Shown piece after piece: positions 56,635 to 64,000 of a DNA stretch of 64,000 nucleotides. Where the stretch lies: the NCBI GenBank assembly GCA_021790425.1, contig JAJYEA010000001.1, positions 19 to 64,018 of the forward strand. Direction: 5' to 3'. How positions within the stretch are numbered: position 1 is the stretch's first letter; every line of letters begins with the position of its first letter. Origin of the DNA: Thermoplasmata archaeon (GTDB lineage Archaea; Thermoplasmatota; Thermoplasmata; Lutacidiplasmatales; UBA184). The position numbers and the translations under genes are program-made. The notes beneath the pieces are model-generated. The model made no database searches. It saw only the letters and a program-made list of their open reading frames with translations, and was not told where the DNA came from.

Positions 56635-57411
56635 ATGGCATCTTCAGAAAAGGATCTGAGCCCCATTGCGGAACGCGTGCTCAAGTTCAGCGTGGACCGG
56701 GCGGGTTCGGATGGGTTGCGCTACGAGGACTACATGGAAGGGCTCAACTCGGTCCTTTCGGGGATCACGATCAGCCAGCTCTCCATCGCGCTCCACCAGC
56801 TCGAGACGAAGGGATTCCTCCACCCCGACCCGCACGGGACCCCGAACCGGAAGATCCGGGTCACCCCGAGCGGCAAGCAGGCCGTGGGAGCTTCTGCGGA
56901 CGCCGCCCCGGCGCCGCAGGCCGCAGCGCCCGAGACGCCCGCCGCACCCCCTGCAGAAGTCCGGGCTCCCCCGGCCGAGCCCCAGGCCGCGCCGGCCCCG
57001 GCCCCCGTGGCACCTCCTCCGGCCGCACCAGCACCTTCGCCCGCAGCGCCCTCTGCCCCCGCCGCCTCGGAAGGGGCGGCCGGTGGCGTGGACTCTGCCG
57101 CGGAGATCCGCCGGCGCCTGCGGGAGGTCATCGCCCGGGAGGAGAACCTCCGGGCCTCCGAGGAGCGGATCCGGAAGAAGGAGACCGAGCTTCTGAACGA
57201 GGAGGAACGCCTCTCCGTCATCGAGAAGTCCCTCGGCGAGCGCGCGAAGCGGCTCGATGAGGACGAGAAGCAGCTGGTGGTGGCCGAGGATACGCTGAAC
57301 GACCACCTGGGCAACCTCAAGACGCACCTCGCCAACGTCGGCGGGCTCACCAAGGGGGTCAGCGACCTCCACGAGAAGGTCACGGCTTCCCGGCAACGCC
57401 GGAAGAAGTAG
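56635..57411 (+). CDS. hypothetical protein: winged-helix-like N-terminus, Pro/Ala linker, coiled coil
   Basis: LSIALHQLETKGFL...RVTPSG; APA-rich linker; E/K/R heptads. Confidence 0.75.
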   Translation: MASSEKDLSPIAERVLKFSVDRAGSDGLRYEDYMEGLNSVLSGITISQLSIALHQLETKGFLHPDPHGTPNRKIRVTPSGKQAVGASADAAPAPQAAAPETPAAPPAEVRAPPAEPQAAPAPAPVAPPPAAPAPSPAAPSAPAASEGAAGGVDSAAEIRRRLREVIAREENLRASEERIRKKETELLNEEERLSVIEKSLGERAKRLDEDEKQLVVAEDTLNDHLGNLKTHLANVGGLTKGVSDLHEKVTASRQRRKK

Positions 57412-57500
57412 ACCTCCCCTCCGCGCGGGGACGCCTGCCCTCCGAAGACAGGGGGGGCGGGCGTAGCCTCTTATAGCCGCGGCCTCTGCGAAGTTGCGTC

Positions 57501-59648
57501 ATGCCGGGCCGTACCACGGTCCTTTGGTTGGCCGTCGGCCTTCTCGTCCTTTCGTCGCTGGGTCCTCTCTCCGGCGCCACGGCTTCCTCCATTGCCCTGA
57601 CGACCCGGGCGACCCCACGGGCGTCGGCTCCATGGCTTCCCAATCCGGTCAGCTACTCGGCGCTAGGGGACTCCATCACGCCGGCCTACGATGCCAACGG
57701 GAGCGCGGCCAATCTCGGGATCCAGCCCTACTATTCCTACGCGGTCGGGTGGAACACGTCCGTCTTCTCCCTGTGGAAGCGCCTTGAGGTCATCTACGGT
57801 CCGGCGAGCATCACCCCGCATCTGCTCGCGGTCCCCGGGGATCGCGCCTCCGACATGATCTGGCAGGCCCGCGAGGCCGTCCAGAACCACAGCGGTTTCG
57901 TCACCGTGCTCATCGGAGGCAACGACCTCTGCGACCACAACGGCTCCACGCTCACGCCCACCCCGCTCTCGAGCTTCTGGTCTTCCCTCAACCAGAGCTT
58001 CCAGATCCTCCGGAGCGGGCTGCCGTCCTCGACGGTCATCGGGCTCGCCAACGTGGTGAACGTCAGCATCCTCGCAACGCTCTTCTCCGGAAACAGCCAG
58101 GCCGCCGCCGTCTACTCGCAGACCTGCCCCGCCCTCCTGAGCCAGGCGGGTACCGCGATGCTCAGCTCCACGCAGCGGGCCTACAACCGGGCCGAGGTGC
58201 AGGTGGCCGCGACGTACAACCTCACCCTCTGGGACCTGGGGTCGGTCGCCTTCACGTCCGACCAGGTGAATCATCTCGACTACTTCCACCCCAGCGTCAC
58301 GGGACAGGCCATGTTGGCGAACGACTTCTGGCAGGTGCTCCCCTATGCCTCGATGGTCCCGGACCTCTCGGCACCGACCTTTCCCACCTCGTGGCCGGGC
58401 GGGTCCCCCGTATCGGTGGCGGTGCACGCGCTGGACGTCCTCACCCCCGTCGTCACGGCCGTCTACCGACCCCCGCAGCTCTCGACCTGGTCCAGCGTGG
58501 ACCTGACGCTCCAGTCGGGGTCGCCGCAGAACGGCACGTACAGCGGGAACCTCCCGGCGAACGCCACCGGCTCCGTGGGGAGTCTGGCCCTCTACTTCAA
58601 CGCCGGTGACACCTACGGACGGTCCCGCGCGCTGCCCAGCACGGCACCCGGCGCGTACTTCTCGATCAACGTGACGGCGTCGTCCAGCCTTCCGTCCATC
58701 TCGAGCTTCACGGCCACCCCTGCCTCGTTCCCGCTGGGCAACACCACCACGCTGTCGGTAGTCGTCACCGGGGGCACCGGGTCCATCACATACGCGTACG
58801 CCGGGCTCCCGTCAGGGTGCGCCTCGGTGAACTCCACCTCGTTCTCGTGCCGCCCGCGAGCGACGGGAACGTTTGCGGTCACGGTCACCGCCACGGACTC
58901 CGCCGGTCACTGGGACACCGCGACACAGACGATCACGGTGGGGCCCTCTCCCTACGGGACGCCGACCGTGGGCGCATTCCGAGTGATGCCCGACCCGGAT
59001 ACCCTGGGCACGTCCATCACGATATGGGCGAATGTGACCGGGGGGCTCTCGCCCTATGCCTTCGACTATCTGGGACTGCCGGCCGGTTGCGCGACCTCGG
59101 ACGTGGCCACTTTACTCTGCACTCCTACGGCTCCCGGGAACTACAGCCTGACGGTGTCCGTCACCGACAACCTCGGACAGGCCGCAACGAGCTCGGCGAA
59201 TCTCTCGGTCGTGCAACCCGCCCCATCCTCTCCGCTGACGCTCTCGCTGGCCGTGACCCCCGCCACCGTCCAGGTGGGCGCCACCGCGACCCTTCGCGCG
59301 GAGGCGGCCGGGGGGACCGGCACCTACGCCTACTCCTACCATGGCCTGCCGTCGGGCTGCGTGAGCTCCAACACCGCGGTTCTGAGCTGTACGCCCTCGT
59401 CGCAGGGCCAGTACTCCGTCACCGTCATCGTGACCGACTCCGCGGGGGCCACGGCGACAACGACGGCGGTGCTGACCGTGACCGGAGGGACCGGAAGCTC
59501 GGCCCTCCCGTTCGGCATCATCGAGCTCGGCGTGATCGTGGTAGCGGCGGTCCTTCTGGTAGGGGTGGCCGTGGTCGTCGCCCGGCGCCGTCGCCATAGC
59601 GCGACGCCCCCTCAGGCGTGGTATTCCCCCGCGGCACCTCCTCGCTGA
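57501..59648 (+). CDS. cell-surface SGNH/GDSL hydrolase with three PKD/Ig-like repeats and C-terminal TM anchor
   Basis: GDSIT, GGNDLC, DYFHP; three Y.GLP.GC repeats; TM followed by RRRR. Confidence 0.88.
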   Translation: MPGRTTVLWLAVGLLVLSSLGPLSGATASSIALTTRATPRASAPWLPNPVSYSALGDSITPAYDANGSAANLGIQPYYSYAVGWNTSVFSLWKRLEVIYGPASITPHLLAVPGDRASDMIWQAREAVQNHSGFVTVLIGGNDLCDHNGSTLTPTPLSSFWSSLNQSFQILRSGLPSSTVIGLANVVNVSILATLFSGNSQAAAVYSQTCPALLSQAGTAMLSSTQRAYNRAEVQVAATYNLTLWDLGSVAFTSDQVNHLDYFHPSVTGQAMLANDFWQVLPYASMVPDLSAPTFPTSWPGGSPVSVAVHALDVLTPVVTAVYRPPQLSTWSSVDLTLQSGSPQNGTYSGNLPANATGSVGSLALYFNAGDTYGRSRALPSTAPGAYFSINVTASSSLPSISSFTATPASFPLGNTTTLSVVVTGGTGSITYAYAGLPSGCASVNSTSFSCRPRATGTFAVTVTATDSAGHWDTATQTITVGPSPYGTPTVGAFRVMPDPDTLGTSITIWANVTGGLSPYAFDYLGLPAGCATSDVATLLCTPTAPGNYSLTVSVTDNLGQAATSSANLSVVQPAPSSPLTLSLAVTPATVQVGATATLRAEAAGGTGTYAYSYHGLPSGCVSSNTAVLSCTPSSQGQYSVTVIVTDSAGATATTTAVLTVTGGTGSSALPFGIIELGVIVVAAVLLVGVAVVVARRRRHSATPPQAWYSPAAPPR

Positions 59649-59727
59649 ATCGACCCTCTCCGCGGGGAACCCCCGTGGCGGCGAAGGCTAGAAATAGCCT
59701 CACCGGTTGGTGGCCGGCGTCACGGCC

Positions 59728-60375
59728 ATGAAGCTGTTCCTGGACACTGCGAACGTGGATGAGATCCGCAAGGCGGCCGACTGGGGAATCCTCGACGGGG
59801 TCACGACCAACCCCTCTCTCGTGGCCAAGGAAGGTCGGAACTTCAAGGAGGTGCTCCGGGAGATCATCGCCATCGTAGACGGACCGATCTCGGCCGAGGT
59901 GGTCTCGGTGAAGGCCGAGCAGATGATCCAGGAGGGGAAGGACCTCGCGAAGCTCCACTCCAACATCTACGTCAAGGTCCCGATGACGACGGAGGGGCTC
60001 AAGGCGACCCGCCGGCTTTCCTCGGAGGGGATCCGGGTGAACATGACCCTCGTCTTCTCCCCCCTGCAGGCGCTTCTGGCCGCGAAGGTGGGCGCGACCT
60101 ACGTGAGCCCGTTCATCGGTCGTCTCGACGACATGGGGCAGACCGGGATGGAGATCATCGAGGAGATCCTCGCCATCTACCGCAACTACGACTTCAAGAC
60201 GGAGGTGCTCGTCGCCTCGGTGCGCCATCCCATCCACGTGAAGGAGGCCGCCATGCTGGGGGCCCACATCTGCACCATGCCCTTCTCAGTGATGGAAAAG
60301 CTCCCCCAGCACGCGCTCACCGACACCGGGCTGGCGAAGTTCCTCAAGGACTGGGAGAAAGTGGCCCACAAGTAG
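59728..60375 (+). CDS. tal: transaldolase (short Fsa/TalC type)
   Basis: [42 protein letters not shown]. Confidence 0.95.
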   Translation: MKLFLDTANVDEIRKAADWGILDGVTTNPSLVAKEGRNFKEVLREIIAIVDGPISAEVVSVKAEQMIQEGKDLAKLHSNIYVKVPMTTEGLKATRRLSSEGIRVNMTLVFSPLQALLAAKVGATYVSPFIGRLDDMGQTGMEIIEEILAIYRNYDFKTEVLVASVRHPIHVKEAAMLGAHICTMPFSVMEKLPQHALTDTGLAKFLKDWEKVAHK

Positions 60376-60380
60376 CCCCC

Positions 60381-60677
60381 ATGGGACTCGAGGAGAGCCT
60401 CCGAGAGCGGCTCGAACGGTATCTCGAGATCACGCAGCGCGCCCTCACGGTCGTCCGACTTTCCCCTCCCTCCCGCTCCTTCCTGTACAAGGGCGGGGAG
60501 GACTTCCTGGGGATGGCGCGGTCCTACTACCAGGATGCCCTCCACTTCCGGGACGAGGGCGATCTCCCGCGGGCACTGGCCGCCGTGAGCTACGCCCACG
60601 GGTGGATCGATGCCGGCGTCCGGCTAGGACTCCTGGATGGAGGTGAAGATGACCAAACGTTCACGCAGTACTCCTAA
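60381..60677 (+). CDS. DUF357 family protein
   Basis: MARSYYQDALHF, ALAAVSYAHGWIDAG. Confidence 0.9.
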   Translation: MGLEESLRERLERYLEITQRALTVVRLSPPSRSFLYKGGEDFLGMARSYYQDALHFRDEGDLPRALAAVSYAHGWIDAGVRLGLLDGGEDDQTFTQYS

Positions 60678-60690
60678 GCAGGACCCGACG

Positions 60691-61332
60691 ATGCTCATCC
60701 CCGAGTCGGTCGCCCGCGGGCTGGAGGAGGAGCTCCGCCAACGACTGGCTTTCCGCGACACGCTCGCCGAACGGGCCCGGGCGCTCCGGCGCGCGAGCCA
60801 AGACCTGATGCGACGGACCCAGGTGGTCGCGGCGAGGGGCACCTCGCCCGCCCCCTTGGCCGTGGAGTACCAACGGCTCTCCCGCTCGGCACGCGACCTC
60901 GTGCTCCGCCTGAAGGGCGAAGGGTGGCGCGACGAGGGCGTGGTCGAGGACGCCCTCCAGGAGTGGGTGGAGGCCAGCCTCCTCGTGGCCCTCGTGCGCC
61001 AACGGCCGCTACCGTCCCCCCGGGCCCTCGGGGTGCATGCGGAGCCCTACCTCCTCGGGCTCTCCGATCTCGTCGGCGAGCTCCGTCGCGTCGCCGTGAG
61101 CGCCCTCGGCAACGGCCAGGTGGCGGAGGCGGTCGAGAACCTCACCCGGATGGAGACCCTGCTCCACTTCCTCATGCGCTTCGATTACCCCCGCAGCCTG
61201 CTCTCGATGAAACCGAAACAGGACTCGGCCCGCTCCCTGCTGGAGCGGACCCGGGCGGACGTCGAGATGGCCCGGTACCTCGAACGGTTCTCCCGGGAGG
61301 GCCAGCAACGTTCAAAGCGGACCGCCCCGTGA
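60691..61332 (+). CDS. archaeal translin/Trax family protein
   Basis: QEWVEA and YLLGLSDLVGELRR. Confidence 0.85.
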   Translation: MLIPESVARGLEEELRQRLAFRDTLAERARALRRASQDLMRRTQVVAARGTSPAPLAVEYQRLSRSARDLVLRLKGEGWRDEGVVEDALQEWVEASLLVALVRQRPLPSPRALGVHAEPYLLGLSDLVGELRRVAVSALGNGQVAEAVENLTRMETLLHFLMRFDYPRSLLSMKPKQDSARSLLERTRADVEMARYLERFSREGQQRSKRTAP

Positions 61333-62153
61333 CCCCGTCCATGCAGGACGGATCGGAAGCCCGGCGCAGTTCACGCCCCGTGGTGGGGGTCATCGGCGGT
61401 AGCGGCCTCTACGACTCGGGACTGTTCTCTCCGAAGACCTCGCACCGGATCTCCACCCCGTGGGGGGCGCCCTCGGGCCCCATCGAGGAGGGAGAGCTCG
61501 CGGGGGGCCGGGTGCTCTTCCTGGCCCGGCACGGCAAGGGCCACGTGGTCCCGGCCCACAAGGTGAACTACCGCGCCAACATCGACGCGCTCCAGTCCCT
61601 CGGCGCCGAGGTGATCATCGGGGTGAACTCCGTGGGGTCCCTGAAGGAGGAGCTTCCCCCCGGCACGTTCGTCCTTCCCGACCAGCTCGTCGACTGGACG
61701 AAGTCGCGGGCCTCCTCGTTCTTCGAGGGCGGGAGGACCTACCACATCTCCATGGCGGATCCCTTCTGCCCGACTCTCACGAAGACCGCGTCCGAAACGG
61801 CCCGCGACATCGGGCTCGAGATCGCCCAGGGGAAGACCTACGTCTGCGTGGAGGGCCCCCGCTTCTCTACGCGCGCCGAGAGCCGCCTCTTCCGCACCTT
61901 TGCCGACATCATCGGGATGACAGCCTCCCCGGAGGCCCCGCTGGCCCGGGAGCGACAGATCTGCTATCTTCCCGTGTGCATGGTCACCGACTACGATGTC
62001 TGGGCCGACCGCCCGGTCGAGGCCGCGGACGTGGTACGGACCCTCAACTCGAACATCAGCCGCGTACGGGAACTGTTGCAGGCGATGATCCCCCGGATAC
62101 CCAAGGAACGCGCGTGTGCGTGTCCGCGAGCGCTCGAGAACGCGGCGATATAG
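61329..62153 (+). CDS. mtnP: 5'-methylthioadenosine phosphorylase
   Basis: GVIGGSG, LARHG.GH, VNYRANI, EGPRFSTRAES, GMT, VTDYD. Confidence 0.94.
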   Translation: MTPSMQDGSEARRSSRPVVGVIGGSGLYDSGLFSPKTSHRISTPWGAPSGPIEEGELAGGRVLFLARHGKGHVVPAHKVNYRANIDALQSLGAEVIIGVNSVGSLKEELPPGTFVLPDQLVDWTKSRASSFFEGGRTYHISMADPFCPTLTKTASETARDIGLEIAQGKTYVCVEGPRFSTRAESRLFRTFADIIGMTASPEAPLARERQICYLPVCMVTDYDVWADRPVEAADVVRTLNSNISRVRELLQAMIPRIPKERACACPRALENAAI

Positions 62154-62162
62154 CCGCGCGGC

Positions 62163-62366
62163 TCAGTTGTGGATCACCGTGATCGGGATGACTCCCGACT
62201 GGAATTCGAGCTCCGCGATCGTCAAGGGGTCGATCGTGTTCGGAGGGACCTCGACGAGCACGGGGGCGCCCAAGGAAATCTGAAGTGCACGGGCCCCGAG
62301 GATACGGGCACGCTCGAACCGGGTGTACTCCCGGACGATCCGATGGTTAGTGCTTCCCTTGGGCAC
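62163..62366 (-). CDS. rpoK: RNA polymerase subunit K (Rpo6)
   Basis: [27 protein letters not shown]; GTG start at 62366. Confidence 0.93.
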   Translation of the reverse strand: MPKGSTNHRIVREYTRFERARILGARALQISLGAPVLVEVPPNTIDPLTIAELEFQSGVIPITVIHN

Positions 62367-62466
62367 GTGTATCCGCTCCTCTCGCCAGCCCTCGACCAGG
62401 CCGGGCGACGGCAGGATGGGTGCGAGACCCAACACCTTATTTAAGCGTTTGCCGATGCTCGAACGC

Positions 62467-62802
62467 TTAGTCGGACTTCCGGCCGCGGGAGGGCTTGGAC
62501 TCGCCCGGGAAGAAGCCTTGCCACGCCGCGACCAGGGCCTCCCGGCGCTCGGCCCCCAGATCCTTGCGGCCCTTCTTTCCCATGAGCGGGTCCCGCGTGT
62601 CGCGCACGTTGCGCAGGAACGCGGACGGGTCCTGGCTCGCCTGCTCGAATCCGTAGAGCATGAACTCGCGCAACATGCTGGAACGGCCCCTCCATCCGAT
62701 GCGTCGCCGTGCCTGGGGATTGAGGTTCTTCTTCGCCATCCTCCATATCGCGGTGGTGCTCTTGTAATCCTTGACGGACATCGCAATCATTACTTGGGGC
62801 AT
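62467..62802 (-). CDS. hypothetical basic protein, possible ribbon-helix-helix
   Basis: QVMIAMS strand, helix, RSSMLREFM; TATA-like TTTATATA on the minus strand about 30 nt upstream. Confidence 0.6.
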   Translation of the reverse strand: MPQVMIAMSVKDYKSTTAIWRMAKKNLNPQARRRIGWRGRSSMLREFMLYGFEQASQDPSAFLRNVRDTRDPLMGKKGRKDLGAERREALVAAWQGFFPGESKPSRGRKSD

Positions 62803-63080
62803 GGTCTTCCTCGAAAACGAACTTACGCGAGTCGCTATATAAACGTTCTCGCGAATTGAGTGAAATCCACGGTTCTTTCCCTACTCGGACCCAAGGTACT
62901 CCCTCAAGCGCGCATTCCGCTACCTGGAAACCGAGATTTATCACCATACTCGTCTATTTCCGCCCCGGATTATCCGAATCATGTTCCTCATTTGGCGGCC
63001 CGCCTTGCAGTCGACCACGGTGTTCTTGGGTCGAGAGAACGTCATGGGCACCGGGCCAAGGCGGCTGGCGGACGCCAGCG

Positions 63081-63518
63081 TCAGAAGAGCACGGCGAGCG
63101 GGGTCTTGCGTTTGGGCAGACGTCGGCGCACCGTATGGCGAGAGGTCTTGGGAGGGTACAGGCGACCCGCCTGGGCACGAGCGAGGATCGTGGCCTTGTC
63201 GGGGACCTCTTCGACGGACGATCGGGGCCACCGGTCCACGATGATCGCCTCATCCTCGTAGTCCACGACCCACGCCGGGACGAGCCGCGCTCCGAGGCGG
63301 CGGAGCGCCTCGACCCGGTGATGCCCGTTGAGGACCACCCACGAGCCTCGGGCCACCAGCACAGGCTCCAGGACGGCGGACTCTTCCTCGATGGTGAGCC
63401 GCAACTCATCGATCTTGGTCGGGTCGATCTCTTCGTGGGGGCGCAACGTGTCGATCGGGAGAAGGGAGAACGTTCCAAACGCAGCGGGAGCCCTGCGGGA
63501 ACCCTCCGAGCCGGCCAT
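63081..63518 (-). CDS. ParB/sulfiredoxin-fold protein, SerK/SbnI-like short form
   Basis: LRPHEE, VLNGHHR, VDY, PPKTSRH. Confidence 0.85.
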   Translation of the reverse strand: MAGSEGSRRAPAAFGTFSLLPIDTLRPHEEIDPTKIDELRLTIEEESAVLEPVLVARGSWVVLNGHHRVEALRRLGARLVPAWVVDYEDEAIIVDRWPRSSVEEVPDKATILARAQAGRLYPPKTSRHTVRRRLPKRKTPLAVLF

Positions 63519-63756
63519 GCGTTACGAATGCTAAACTGCTATTAAATGGTTCTTCGAAATCCGTTGCTACAAGAGCGGGGCAGCCTACACCGGCCCCGTT
63601 CCAACCGACCCGGACGGCCCGTCGCCTCTCGCCCTCGTCGGAGCCCCCTCCATATGGGGGGAGTAGGGTGCCGCGAGGGGACGGACCCCTCCCAAAATCC
63701 TCCGGGACCGGGGGGAGACACCCCGGGAGGGGCGACGGACCCATCGTCAAAGAGGA

Positions 63757-63767
63757 GTATTAAATAC
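63757..63767 (+). promoter_or_regulatory. TATA box for a probably leaderless rps19e transcript
   Basis: GTATTAAATAC about 25-35 nt upstream of ATG 63792. Confidence 0.55.
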
Positions 63768-63791
63768 TGAAGTCACTTCGTCCCGAGCCCA

Positions 63792-64000
63792 ATGACAGAC
63801 CCAATGGAAGCTCCCTCTCAGGAACTCATCCAGAAGCTGGCGGTAGCCCTGCACGAGCGGGTGAAGCCCCCAACCTGGGCGAACTTCGTCCGGACAGGGG
63901 TCCACACCGAGCGCGCCCCCGCCCAGGACGACTGGTGGTACGTGCGATGTGCATCCGTCATGCGCAAGCTCCACAAGATGGGGCCCGTAGGCGTCTCCCG
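63792..64000 (+). CDS. rps19e: 30S ribosomal protein S19e (5' part, truncated by the window)
   Basis: Manual translation MTDPMEAPSQELIQKLA..KPPTWANFVRTGVHTERAPAQDDWWYVRCASVMRKL..GPVGVS. Confidence 0.95.
   Translation, partial: MTDPMEAPSQELIQKLAVALHERVKPPTWANFVRTGVHTERAPAQDDWWYVRCASVMRKLHKMGPVGVS

Noticed and set aside
56880-57080. GCC/CCC-rich quasi-repeats
   Set aside because: They encode an Ala/Pro linker and are not a CRISPR array or tandem DNA repeat

Overview
GC-rich archaeal chromosomal segment, most likely Thermoplasmata. Evidence: rpl40e, rps19e, rpoK, Nop5/fibrillarin, GGGP and DGGGP synthases, geranylgeranyl reductase, MptA, Pcc1, transaldolase and an unlinked 5S rRNA. It is mostly housekeeping (glyS, proS, purD, DRG GTPase, nfo, MTAP) plus a glycosylation locus (gmd, GT4/GT2, two DUF2079-like proteins). 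The most notable system is a polyphosphate cluster, sixA-ppx-tmkA-tmkB-CHAD, in which two tandem thymidylate-kinase-like genes occupy the place of PPK1/PPK2 and may form a heteromeric polyP kinase. Other unusual items: a KaiC-like ATPase triad divergent from a lower-GC secreted-protein gene bracketed by 12-bp inverted repeats, with a structured intergenic element after it; a STAND-TPR ATPase with a DUF835-like domain nested inside its NTPase; a degenerate Cas4-like Fe-S protein; a stand-alone RnfD-like protein; a lone VirB4/HerA-like ATPase; and a minimal SerK-like ParB protein. No tRNA, CRISPR array or transposase was recognised. All family calls come from motif recognition by eye, not database searches.
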